Of a stretch of 43,784 bases of DNA, positions 20,891 through 31,898 are shown piece by piece (position 1 is the first letter of the stretch; every line of letters begins with the position of its first letter). The stretch covers positions 30,572 to 74,355 of the forward strand of contig BLSG01000302.1 in the NCBI GenBank assembly GCA_012862495.1, given 5' to 3'. The position numbers and the translations under genes were made by a program. This DNA comes from Thraustochytrium aureum. Lineage: Eukaryota. The notes under the pieces were generated by a model. The model was given only the letters and a program-made list of their open reading frames with translations. It ran no database searches and had not been told where the DNA came from.

Positions 20891-21589
20891 CTAGGCCGAG
20901 GCATCCTTAACGGAAACGGTGCGAGAGGGAGCCTCCTCGTCATCAGATTCTTCAGCCTCCTCAGCCGTGGGCTTCGCCAGCCACGGGAAGTCATTGAGGT
21001 CCATCTCATCGCTGAACCTCTTCATGAGTGACACAATCCGCGCCCAGTCGCGCTCGTTGCCAACCTCCTTCTGAACGTATCGATGGCGGTTCTCCTGCAG
21101 CCCGTCGAAGGACATCTTGTAGAACCGGCAGAACGCTGGAACGACACGCCGCATCCGGCGCGTCTTGACGTCAAACTTGCCTGTCCAGCACTTTTCCAGC
21201 ATGCCAGCGTTGGTCATTTCGTCGAAAACGTCTGCGACGGCGCGCATGTCGTCCACGAACTCGCTCACGACCATGCGAGTGCGCAGCGCCTTGCCCTCGG
21301 AGAACGAGTTCTCCCAGTTGAACGCGTTGAACCAATCAACCCCGCTCACGTGCACAAGCTGGCCGGCGTCAACCACCTTTTGCCCATAGAACAACTTGAC
21401 AAAGTCATCCTCGTCAATATCGTCGCAGGTCGTCTTGAGCTCCTCGCGAAGCCTCTGCAGCTCGGCCGCCTCGCGCTGCCGCACCGAGTACAGCTGCGCC
21501 ACAGCGGCGATAAGCAGAGTGCCCACCGCCGTGAACACCGACGTCACGGTATTCAGCGACTCGAGGTTGTCGCAGCTGGTGTAGTCCAT
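20891..21589 (-). CDS. Hypothetical protein with one N-terminal TM helix
   Basis: Uninterrupted ORF with protein-like composition: MDYTSCDNLESLNTVTSVFTAVGTLLIAAVAQLYSV followed by a helical domain and an acidic tail. Confidence 0.65.
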   Translation of the reverse strand: MDYTSCDNLESLNTVTSVFTAVGTLLIAAVAQLYSVRQREAAELQRLREELKTTCDDIDEDDFVKLFYGQKVVDAGQLVHVSGVDWFNAFNWENSFSEGKALRTRMVVSEFVDDMRAVADVFDEMTNAGMLEKCWTGKFDVKTRRMRRVVPAFCRFYKMSFDGLQENRHRYVQKEVGNERDWARIVSLMKRFSDEMDLNDFPWLAKPTAEEAEESDDEEAPSRTVSVKDASA

Positions 21590-23246
21590 CTTCGAAGACC
21601 GGCCTGGCACGCGTCTCAACCCGAGCCTGCCCTGCCCGCTTCGCGCTCTTCTTCTGTGTTTGCGGTCTGCTGTCGCATTGGCAGTCTGTCTGTCTGGTGT
21701 CCATGTCGTCTGCTGCACACTTGCAGAAGGTGTGCACATCCAAGCTGGCTTGTTGCAAGCAGCCGTCCACTGGCAGACATGATACTCTCGATCTCGACGA
21801 CAAGGTGGGCAGAGAGAGCGGCTGCCTGCGCTTTGCTGGGCGCGTGCGCTCTCTCGGGGCAATCAGCTGTGGGAGTGCCGCCAGGATGATCTCAGGCCTC
21901 ATCATGAGCCGCGTTTTGGCGTCTGTCTGTGCTGACACAANNNNNNNNNNNNNNNNNNNNNNNNNNNNNNNNNNNNNNNNNNNNNNNNNNNNNNNNNNNN
22001 NNNNNNNNNNNNNNNNNNNNNNNNNNNNNNNNNNNNNNNNNNNNNNNNNNNNNNNNNNNNNNNNNNNNNNNNNNNNNNNNNNNNNNNNNNNNNNNNNNNN
22101 NNNNNNNNNNNNNNNNNNNNNNNNNNNNNNNNNNNNNNNNNNNNNNNNNNNNNNNNNNNNNNNNNNNNNNNNNNNNNNNNNNNNNNNNNNNNNNNNNNNN
22201 NNNNNNNNNNNNNNNNNNNNNNNNNNNNNNNNNNNNNNNNNNNNNNNNNNNNNNNNNNNNNNNNNNNNNNNNNNNNNNNNNNNNNNNNNNNNNNNNNNNN
22301 NNNNNNNNNNNNNNNNNNGTCTGGCCCGAAACCCCGCTGGCGCCCTCTGCACCAGCCGCGCTCGCCTCCTGTGCCTCGATGCCCGCCGTTCGGCTTCTGA
22401 TGAGCCTGGCGCAGACGGCCTCACAGAGCTAAAGGGGGTTTTGCGAGATCCTCGCAAGCTCCCCGAGACCGGCGGCATCAATCCATTCATTGCCGTTCCC
22501 ACTCCCTTCCGAACCGAACGCGAGCCGGAAATTGATACAGATTCTGAGTACTGAGCACCGAGTGCTACTTACCTCGCCTTGCGGGCGCTTGACGATCGAG
22601 CGGACCGGCGCCATTCGAGGGCGCAAAGCTGTCCCCTTGGCCCTCCGCGACCGCGCCATGCGCCGGAAGTTGCTACACAGGACCTGCTCGGTTATGCAGT
22701 GGCGGCGCATCAACCATCAACCCGTTGGCGCCGAACCGTCCTTCCCAGAGCAAGCAAGCGCGTAGCGCCGGCGTGGGCGGTGGCGGCAAGATCGAGGAGC
22801 CCGAGCGCATTTGCGCATCACGGGCTTGCCGGAGACGTGCGAGCTGAGCACATAGATCTGGCGAGCCGAGCTCGAGCCAGGCGAGCGGCCAATGGTCGCG
22901 TAGTGCAGCACGCTGCTCAGCGCGCACAAGCGGCGCGAGGAGGTCAAGGTGCCGCAGGGCTCTTTAAATCTTTGGGGGCTCGGCGCGCAGCGCGCGTTGC
23001 AAGACCCATTTGGTTTCGCTGTGCGAAAGTACAAACGATAGACAGGTTTGTGATGCTCAAGGCCGCGCAGACGCATCCTCCGACTTCGCGCTGTGCAAGG
23101 GCCTACCTACAAGACGCCTGCGTTGGCGCCAGCGAGAGCGCTTTCCAGGTTGGGCGCCATCGTGCGGAGTTGCAAACAAATGGTCCTCGACAAGCACTTC
23201 GAGCAACTGCGTATGTAGTACGCATTTCGTGGTCCGATCATGAGCA

Positions 23247-23332
23247 ATGTCACTGGGCACATGGAGATGTCCCGCCCCTCAACGCCAGACGCGCAACACA
23301 CCAGCAGCTGCGCCTGAGCAAGAGCAGCAGCA

Positions 23333-23399
<67 letters not shown>

Positions 23400-24775
23400 C
23401 AGGTGGAGCGTTTGTGCGAAGCGATGGCCAAGTTTCCTGACAGGTGGGTGGTGGTGTGCTGCCCCGTCGCAGGCAAGAAAGATGGCGTGGCAACTGTAGA
23501 GTCACAGTTCATGCCCCGCGCGAAGGAGCTCGGGCTGGACGTCGAGATGGTGCTGACGGAACGGGTGGGTCATGCGGCGGAGCTCGCTGCCAAGTTTGCC
23601 CAGAAGGGCTACGGGCTTGTCGTTGTTGGCGGCGACGGGACGATCCATGAAGCCATGGACGGCCTGATCCAGAGCGGGCTGCTCCGGTCGACGGTGCTGG
23701 CACTCTTGTCCCAGGGAACTATGAACAACTACTTTCACTGCGGGCAGCTGCCCGAGGCCGACAAGCTCGCCGACATGATCAAGGCCAAGAGCTTCCGCGC
23801 GCAGTCCCTGATGGATGTCACTGACGAAGCGGGCAAGATCTCCACCAAGTGCTTCGAGGCCATCTACCTTGGCGTCGGCTACAAGCCCGCCAAGGGGGCT
23901 CAAGAGTGGCGGCACTCGCCCTTGGGGCCCTTTTTCGGCATTATGTTCAACATCATCAAAGCCAACATCTTCCCCAAAAGCGCTGCAGTGCAGGGCACGC
24001 TCACGCTGTGGCCAAGCGATGGGTCGGACCCCATCAAGGTCCGCGATACGTTTTTCTGGATCGTCATCACCCAGCGCGACCCCTACAACGCCACGCTGAC
24101 GCCCGACGCGCTCTGGGTCTCGTACCTCACCTTGGACGCGTTTCCAGGCTTTGGTCGCATGATGTCCGCCTTCACGCCGCCGATGGAGTTTNNNNNNNNN
24201 NNNNNNNNNNNNNNNNNNNNNNNNNNNNNNNNNNNNNNNNNNNNNNNNNNNNNNNNNNNNNNNNNNNNNNNNNNNNNNNNNNNNNNNNNNNNNNNNNNNN
24301 NNNNNNNNNNNNNNNNNNNNNNNNNNNNNNNNNNNNNNNNNNNNNNNNNNNNNNNNNNNNNNNNNNNNNNNNNNNNNNGACGTGGGAGCAGGAGGTCGGC
24401 AATGTCGGCGTGTGCCTGGACGGCGACCCCATGGACGGCGGCAAAACGCTGAGCGTGACGCACCTCAGCAAGGCCTGGAACATCGTCGCCGACGAGCAGT
24501 TCCCGAGCAAGCTGCCGGACCGGTTCTTCCAGGAGCGGCCCATCACCGCCTACGCGCACAAGTGGCTCGAGGCGCACCCGCCGCCCAAAGGCCACTACTT
24601 TGCCTCCCGCGCGCAGTTTGAGCGCGGCGAGGCCGCTCAGACCGGCTCTGTGGCGCTCGCGCTGGGCAAGGCCGTCCTCGCCGGCCTGGCCTTTGGCGGG
24701 GCGGTGCTGGCGCTTGTCTACCACCGCTACCCTTCTGCATTCGAGCGGGTTGCGGGGGGATCCTCGGGCTTGTGA
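23247..24775 (+). CDS. Diacylglycerol/sphingosine kinase catalytic-domain protein with N-terminal polyQ and C-terminal TM; gap 24192-24378
   Basis: TERVGHAAELA, VVVGGDGTIHEAMDGL, LSQGTMNN, CLDGDP; hydrophobic LALGKAVLAGLAFGGAVLALVY near the C-terminus. Exact start is uncertain. Confidence 0.85.
23337..23396 (+). repeat. (CAG)20 microsatellite encoding polyglutamine
   Basis: 20 pure CAG units in frame with the kinase ORF. Confidence 0.95.
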
Positions 24776-25034
24776 CTTCTTTGCGCCACAACGCGCCTTG
24801 CGCGGAGCTGCGGCAAGCGACCGATAGACGCTCTTTAGCTAACAGAACCTATCGAGTACTCTAAGGAATGCGCCAAACGCAGACTGTCAGGCCTTGGTAG
24901 GGTGTTTCGCAAATGCAGTCGGCTGCTAGACCGCCCCAGAGCGGCGGGCCGGTATCCACAACCCTTTACTCCTTCCGCGCTCATCCGGGGCCGTCCTGTG
25001 TACAGTTGACGTGACAAGCGCTGGCCGGTGTGCT

Positions 25035-27881
25035 CTAGAGCGACGGCGGCAGCAGCTGCCGCAGTTCGAGCTCCTTGACGAGGCTCACATTGAGCGCGCC
25101 AAAGGCGGTTGCCCAAAGGCCGCTTGCCACAAGCGCCTGCCTGACTGCGGCAAGCATGCTCTGGCACGCACGCAACGTGTCAGGCTCGGGCGAGGCCTCG
25201 TACACCGTTGTCACCAGCAAGCACAAGTATCCGAGCTCGCCACCGACCCCGCCAGGGTTGGCCATTACCGCCGCAAAGAGTCCCTTGACGAGGTCTGCGC
25301 GCTCCTCTTCGTCCACCTCGGCATCGCCGTAAGAGCGGCGCGCGGTGCTGGCCCAAGCCGCAAGGCACGAGTCCAGGTGCTGCCCCACAACTTGCGGAGC
25401 CCACATGGCGATGCGGCTTAGCGAAACCGCCGCGTTCAAGCGCAGCGTGTCCTCGGCGCTATCCATGCATAAGAGCAATACCAGCTTGTTGACCACCCCG
25501 GGCGATCGCTCGGGCAGCGCGCCTTGCATGGTGGCCGCAAACTTGCCAATCGCCCACACCGCGTTGTTCACCAGGCCGACGGCATCGTCCGGCGGGTAAA
25601 CGACTCGCTCGAGCACCTGCAAGACGTGCGGCATCAAAGGCGCAAACTCGCGCGGCGTCGCAGCGGCGAGATCGCCGCACAACGCGTACACCGTCTCGCG
25701 CGTCACGTCGTCGTCGTCGTCTTTGAGAAGCTCTTGCAGCAGAGGCAGAAAGGTCGGAAAGTCGATCAAGCGCGAGACCTGGTCCTTGAGCCCCTCGGTG
25801 AGGGACGAGATGAGCTCCAGGCTCGCAAACATGTACTCTCGGTCAATGTCCTCCGAAGCGAGACCCATCTGGTCGGCGCCCATCACCATCATCAGCGTGC
25901 CTTCAGTCAGGGATATGGCGCGGTCATACAGCGGCTTGCAGTAGTCGCCAAACCCTGTGCCGATCTCCTTGACAATCACGCCAAACGTCTCAAAAAAGTG
26001 CATAACGAGGGGGTCAGACTCGGAGAGGGCCTCAAAGTCGGCCCAGAGAGGCGGAAACACGCGGCTGAACACTTGCGGCTGGCTCATCCCCGCCGGCGCG
26101 GAAGCAAACATCTCCCCCAGCGTGTCAAGCAACCACTTGCGGTTGTTCAGCTGGTACATGGCGTACGCCTGCATGAGCACCCCGCAGACCTCTTCGCAGT
26201 AGGGATCCAACAGTGCGCGACCGCCTGCTGCTAGGTTGGAAAGGCAGGAGCACGCGCCGTGCTGCACGCGCTTGTTCCGATCCATCGTGGATTTCGTTGC
26301 CACCACCACGGTCTGCTTGAACAAGCCGTCTCCGGGTCGGCCCGAGCCTTCTGTCTCGCAGATCCAGGCGCAATACCGCCCAATCGCCCAAAGCGCTGCC
26401 ATGCGAATGTAGCTCTCAGAAACCTGTGCCTGCTCCAGCAGGAAGGGAACCAGTGTCGGAAGGTGCTCTTCAAGATCGGACGCGTACCCCGATGCGAACG
26501 AGCCGAGCGCCAACACAGCCGCCTCTCGCGCGAGCCACGGCCTCGTCAACTCCAGGTTTTGCTGGATCAGCGGGAGCAGCACAGGCAGCGCCCTCTCCGC
26601 AGGGACGGTCTGTGAGATCGCGTCCAGGGCACGGCCCGCAGCTTTGCGTACTGTCCAGACGCTAAAGTAGTCCTCCTCCTCGCCGCCATCCTCGTCGTCG
26701 TCGTCGTCGTCATCATCTTCATCCACGTCGTCGTCGTCGCCGGCCGTGCCCTCCGCCGCGTTTGCGAGCTTGCCGCCACGCGTCCCGATTCCACCATGAT
26801 GGCTCGGGCGGATGTCCGTTTCACGGTCGGGCACGGACGTGTCGTTTTCTTCGTCAGTGCCGAGCATCTGAAGCTCCTCCTCCGAGTACTCTAAACGCTT
26901 GAGAAGAAGCGGGAACAGGCTGCCGAGGTGTGGAAGCAGCGCAGCCTCGGCGACCTTTGGGTCGTCGCAGAGCTGAAAGACAAACTCGATTGCCTCGTGA
27001 GCCACACTCGAGTCCGGGTCGGCAATCATCTGCAGCATAAAGCTGACGATGCTCCCAAAGTGCGGGACAACCACGTCGACGCGCCAGTACAGCAGGTACG
27101 TGAGCCCTGCGCACACCTGCTTCTTGACCCGATCCTCTTTGTCCTGGGACAAGAGCGAGAGCCCTTGCAGCACGTCCTCGGCGAACGCCGACACCACCGG
27201 GGGGAGCTCGCTCATCATCATCAGCAAGTTGACGCACTTGGTCGCTTGGGCGCGATACTTGGGCTTCGGGTTCTGAAAGTTGTGCATGAGGATCGGGAAA
27301 AAGTAGTCCAAAGGTGCCGGCCCCAGAGCGGGCCCGGGCTCGGAAAGCTGTGGCCCGCAGTCTTCGCAGAGGTGCTCGAAGACGTCGAGGGCCCCGGCAA
27401 ACGCTATCTCGTCCTGCGTCTGCTCCAGGGCAGCGCGGAGGAACTCGAGCAAGTCGGGCCAGTCCGCGAGCTTGGTGAAGGTTACGATGGTGGAAATCAG
27501 GCTGCTCGCCGATTTGCGAAGCAGGGCGTTCGGGTCGCTCATCACCCGCAGCGCACTCCGCCGCACGTGCTGGAGACCGTCAGGGCTCAGCGCGCCGTTT
27601 TGCAGGCCGATGCGCGTGGCCTTGACCAGTACAAGGCTCCCCATGTACCTCAGCTGCTCGCTCGCCCCGAGCTTCTGGGCCTCCGCGACCACGAACGCCA
27701 GGTACCGGGCAAACTCGCCTTGCGTGCTCAGCCCGTCCACCTCGCGCGCAATCTCCTGATGCCGTTCATTCGCAATCTGCGGGTTGAGGCTGGCCTCCAG
27801 CAGCTTGACAATGTGCTCCAGCCCCGCCGCCTCGGGCACCCACCCGCCGCCCAGCTCGCTCCGCATCGCGGGGGCGTCCAT
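25035..27881 (-). CDS. TNPO1: Transportin-1 (importin-beta2/Kap104), intronless
   Basis: N-terminal WVP..GLEHIVKLLEASLNP, HEAT repeats, acidic H8 loop SVPDRETDIRP..DDDD..WTVRKAAGRALD, WLAREAAVLALG, DRNKRVQHGACS, VNNAVWAIG. Confidence 0.92.
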   Translation of the reverse strand: MDAPAMRSELGGGWVPEAAGLEHIVKLLEASLNPQIANERHQEIAREVDGLSTQGEFARYLAFVVAEAQKLGASEQLRYMGSLVLVKATRIGLQNGALSPDGLQHVRRSALRVMSDPNALLRKSASSLISTIVTFTKLADWPDLLEFLRAALEQTQDEIAFAGALDVFEHLCEDCGPQLSEPGPALGPAPLDYFFPILMHNFQNPKPKYRAQATKCVNLLMMMSELPPVVSAFAEDVLQGLSLLSQDKEDRVKKQVCAGLTYLLYWRVDVVVPHFGSIVSFMLQMIADPDSSVAHEAIEFVFQLCDDPKVAEAALLPHLGSLFPLLLKRLEYSEEELQMLGTDEENDTSVPDRETDIRPSHHGGIGTRGGKLANAAEGTAGDDDDVDEDDDDDDDDEDGGEEEDYFSVWTVRKAAGRALDAISQTVPAERALPVLLPLIQQNLELTRPWLAREAAVLALGSFASGYASDLEEHLPTLVPFLLEQAQVSESYIRMAALWAIGRYCAWICETEGSGRPGDGLFKQTVVVATKSTMDRNKRVQHGACSCLSNLAAGGRALLDPYCEEVCGVLMQAYAMYQLNNRKWLLDTLGEMFASAPAGMSQPQVFSRVFPPLWADFEALSESDPLVMHFFETFGVIVKEIGTGFGDYCKPLYDRAISLTEGTLMMVMGADQMGLASEDIDREYMFASLELISSLTEGLKDQVSRLIDFPTFLPLLQELLKDDDDDVTRETVYALCGDLAAATPREFAPLMPHVLQVLERVVYPPDDAVGLVNNAVWAIGKFAATMQGALPERSPGVVNKLVLLLCMDSAEDTLRLNAAVSLSRIAMWAPQVVGQHLDSCLAAWASTARRSYGDAEVDEEERADLVKGLFAAVMANPGGVGGELGYLCLLVTTVYEASPEPDTLRACQSMLAAVRQALVASGLWATAFGALNVSLVKELELRQLLPPSL

Positions 27882-28252
27882 CCCGGCCAGTCGGCCTCTA
27901 CAGTCAACCGGCCCAGCCCGGCCTCGCCACAAAGCGGCAGCTCGCGCGCAGCAGGACACGGCCCAGGGACAACGCGCCGAGCCAAACAAACAAANNNNNN
28001 NNNNNNNNNNNNNNNNNNNNNNNNNNNNNNNNNNNNNNNNNNNNNNNNNNNNNNNNNNNNNNNNNNNNNNNNNNNNNNNNNNNNNNNNNNNNNNNNNNNN
28101 NNNNNNNNNNNNNNNNNNNNNNNNNNNNNNNNNNNNNNNNNNNNNNNNNNNNNNNNNNNNNNNNNNNNNNNNNNNNNNNNNNNNNNNNNNNNNNNNNNNN
28201 NNNNNNNNNNNNNNNNNNNNNNNNNNNNNNNNNNNNNNNNNNNNNNNNNNNN

Positions 28253-28369
28253 TTGCTCGTCGAGATGGGCTTGCTCGTCGAGGTGGACTTGCTCGTCGAG
28301 GTGGACTTGCTCGTCGAGATGGGCTGGCTTGGCTTCTCGGCTTTGATTGGATTGCTCGGCGAGATGGGC
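28253..28369. repeat. 18-bp minisatellite TTGCTCGTCGAG(A/G)TGG(G/A)C: 4 adjacent copies plus 1 displaced copy, abutting a gap
   Basis: Copies start at 28253, 28271, 28289, 28307 and 28352. Confidence 0.9.
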
Positions 28370-28664
28370 TGACTTGATCGATCAGCAACGCCAGCTTTCG
28401 GCCCTGGTCCGACTGTGCGTTGCGATGTGCCCACCAGTCTTGCTTTCTTCCTTGCTGTGCGGGTGAAGCGGGATCTGTGCAGAAAGCTTGGCAACGAGGC
28501 AAAGCTGTCAGAGCGGTTGGTTGGTGGTGGCTTCGGGTGGCCACAACATTCATAAATAGACGGTGACAACTGAAAAGAAAAACTATTTTCATTTCCCGCG
28601 GGTATCCCAAGCGCGCGCACGTCAAGAGTATCAATCGTATTGCTTTGCAGACAGACGAAATGTT

Positions 28665-30849
28665 TCAGACCGCCTGAACCGCAACCTGGGCGCCACCTGG
28701 CGCCGAAACAAAGTTGGACGGAAAGATGCCAACGGCGCCAGACTCGTGTCGCCCCTCCCACCAACCAGATGGGTCCTGGTGCAAGACGGTGATCTTGTCG
28801 CCTGCTGCAAACGAAAGCTCGCCAGACTCCTTGGCGGTGTGGGCGTACATTGCTGTGGCCGTAAACGACGACGGAACGGACGGCTCGGTCGAGCCCGCCG
28901 GAGCAGCCGGCTTGACGTAAAGTGGGCGGGTCGACGCCGGTCCAGAAGAACCAGAGGCGGTCTTGCGCTGCGCAGCTTTTGCGCGGCGACGGCGCGGCAG
29001 GAGGACGAGCGCAACAAAGGCCAAGAGCGCTGCACCAGCAATCGAGCCGAGCACCACACCGACAACAGTACCTCCCCCGAGGTTGGGCCCGCCGCTCTCA
29101 ACGATCAGGACGCCCTTTTGCCCGCGATTGCTAAAGTTGTTGTTGCGAGTGCTCATGTACTTGTGCACTCCCTGGCGGGGCTTGAGCAGGCCAGCATCAA
29201 AGTACGGCGAGACGGCGCCGCTGAGCTTCATGCAGTTCCGATAGTCGCGATCCGTGGCGTCGTTGTTGTTGTTGTTGATCTCCCGCAAGGTCGAGTAGGG
29301 GTAGCACTTTTCCGGGTTGCCAATTTCTTGGTCGAGGAAGGCCAGCCGACGGTACGTCTCCGGACCAGCATCAAACATGCTAAACTGGCTCGAGTCCAGG
29401 ATCATCTCATTGTTGAGCTGCTGCGTGATCTGCACCATGTTGGAACGGTCGCTCTTGCTCTCGCCGATCGCGTTCGGGTTGGGCGGCCCGCCCTCTGCGT
29501 TGTTCGGGTTGCGGTTCGGGTTGTAGCCCGACCCTGTCCACTGCACGTGGATGCAGTCGTCTTCGGAGGCCACCAGCACATTTGGCACAAAGTCGTACTC
29601 GACGGCCGGGTATGTCTGAACGATGTTGCCGCGCTTGCCGCGCACGTTGAGGTTGAAGATTTTCTTGCAGTCGGGCTCCGCGGGCCGTTCCTGGACGCGG
29701 AAGATGTGCGAGCGGNNNNNNNNNNNNNNNNNNNNNNNNNNNNNNNNNNNNNNNNNNNNNNNNNNNNNNNNNNNNNNNNNNNNNNNNNNNNNNNNNNNNN
29801 NNNNNNNNNNNNNNNNNNNNNNNNNNNNNNNNNNNNNNNNNNNNNNNNNNNNNNNNNNNNNNNNNNNNNNNNNNNNNNNNNNNNNNNNNNNNNNNNNNNN
29901 NNNNNNNNNNNNNNNNNNNNNNNNNNNNNNNNNNNNNNNNNNNNNNNNNNNNNNNNNNNNNNNNNNNNNNNNNNNNNNNNNNNNNNNNNNNNNNNNNNNN
30001 NNNNNNNNNNNNNNNNNNNNNNNNNNNNNNNNNNNNNNNNNNNNNNNNNNNNNNNNNNNNNNNNNNNNNNNNNNNNNNNNNNNNNNNNNNNNNNNNNNNN
30101 NNNNNNNNNNNNNNNNNNNNNNNNNNNNNNNNNNNNNNNNNNNNNNNNNNNNNNNNNNNNNNNNNNNNNNNNNNNNNNNNNNNNNNNNNNNNNNNNNNNN
30201 NNNNNNNNNNNNNNNNNNNNNNNNNNNNNNNNNNNNNNNNNNNNNNNNNNNNNNNNNNNNNNNNNNNNNNNNNNNNNNNNNNNNNNNNNNNNNNNNNNNN
30301 NNNNNNNNNNNNNNNNNNNNNNNNNNNNNNNNNNNNNNNNNNNNNNNNNNNNNNNNNNNNNNNNNNNNNNNNNNNNNNNNNNNNNNNNNNNNNNNNNNNN
30401 NNNNNNNNNNNNNNNNNNNNNNNNNNNNNNNNNNNNNNNNNNNNNNNNNNNNNNNNNNNNNNNNNNNNNNNNNNNNNNNNNNNNNNNNNNNNNNNNNNNN
30501 NNNNNNNNNNNNNNNNNNNNNNNNNNNNNNNNNNNNNNNNNNNNNNNNNNNNNNNNNNNNNNNNNNNNNNNNNNNNNNNNNNNNNNNNCGCGCGCGCCGT
30601 CTCGTCCGACTCGGTGTAGCATGCGAAGGGGTACGTGGCGCCGCACGAGTAGCCCCCCTTGTCGTTGTTCTGGCTGTCGAAGAGGCGCTGCGCCTCGTCG
30701 CCGCTGCGCTCGGCGTTGTTGCTGTTGCGACAGCCGCGCCCGTTGCTGCCGCGCGGGTTGTGCATGTAAATGTCAGCTTTGGCTGGAATTGCGACTAGGG
30801 CTGCGAGAGCTGCAGTCAGCCCGAGGTGGGGGCCAATCGCGATCTTCAT
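28665..30849 (-). CDS. DD3-3-family protein with signal peptide, TM helix and C-terminal SH3 (copy 1); gap 29716-30588
   Basis: Signal peptide, then [91 protein letters not shown]3 AMYAHTAKESGELSF..GWWEG..GIFPSNFV. Confidence 0.85.
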
Positions 30850-31488
30850 GGTTCGTTCTTCGCGCTCCAGTCGCGGCTGATTCAACAATACGTTCTCTTT
30901 GAGATCGGCTTTCTCGGTCTTTCGGGGTCTGCTCGCAAGCGATGGTCCAGGCAAGCCAGCCTTGGCCGGACTGCTTTTTTTTGTTTTGACTTTGGTCGGG
31001 ACTCGCCGGGCTTATTAGTCTTCGTAGACCAATGACCGCCGCACGCCTCCGATCGTGCAAGCGACCTCGCCCGGCCCAGTCTCAAGGCAACCTACACGAT
31101 ATTGTCTTACGCCCGTCGCATTTTTCGCTGCGGCCGCAACATTCTCCCGCGCGATGTGAGTTCTCAACAGGGCCTTGGCTGGCGACCTGTGGAGGGCTCT
31201 TTCTGCGGAGCGAAACGCGAGGAGTGGGTCGAAGGACTCGTGGTGGGTGCGCCACGACAAACACGAAAGCGGCCAGAGTCGCTCAACTTTCAACGGTTTG
31301 AACAGCTGTGGCACTGGTAAACAGTACCATACTCAATTCCGTTGTCCTGTCGCCGGGCAGCCCGAAACCATTCTCGCGAGTTTGATTGAATTGAAAAAGC
31401 AACTACCGGTAGGCTCATCCCTCGCCAAAGCCAGCGCTCAGCCCCCATAAGCTCGACACGCAGGGTTCACCGTCCGGCTGGCCCGCCT

Positions 31489-31539
31489 CACCAAAACCTA
31501 ACCCACCAAAACCACATTCACCAAAACCCTCACCAACCC
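31489..31539. repeat. 15-bp-period CACCAAAACC repeat (3 copies plus a partial)
   Basis: Cores at 31489, 31504 and 31519, with a partial at 31531; strongly C/A-skewed. Confidence 0.7.
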
Positions 31540-31898
31540 AAGGAATGCGAATTGAAACCGAGCAAACCCATTCGCGCGCGTCAGGGGCACCGCGTAGGGC
31601 CATCTCGCGGTGGCCCTGCGGCGCAGACTCGACGGCGCGGGCGGCACTCAACTCAACAGACGCACTCTTCGAAGCGAAGGAGCGAACGACCGACCGACCA
31701 CCTGCAGGTGGCAGAACTCCGTTTTTACGAGGTCGGTCTGATGGGATCGAGCTCGCACCGCTGCTCAGCTGCCTCGCGCAACGACGTGAAGACACTGAAG
31801 AGGCGTCGCGGCGGGTTGGCAGACGCCGAGGCGTGAAGAATCGCAGCGGCTCGGTCGGATTTATGTAGAAATCAGTCAGTGCGGCTCTGGCCGTGGTG

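Noticed and set aside
3081..31033. CCAAT/ATTGG words upstream of several genes
   Set aside because: A 5-mer occurs often by chance, and enrichment cannot be shown without TSS data.
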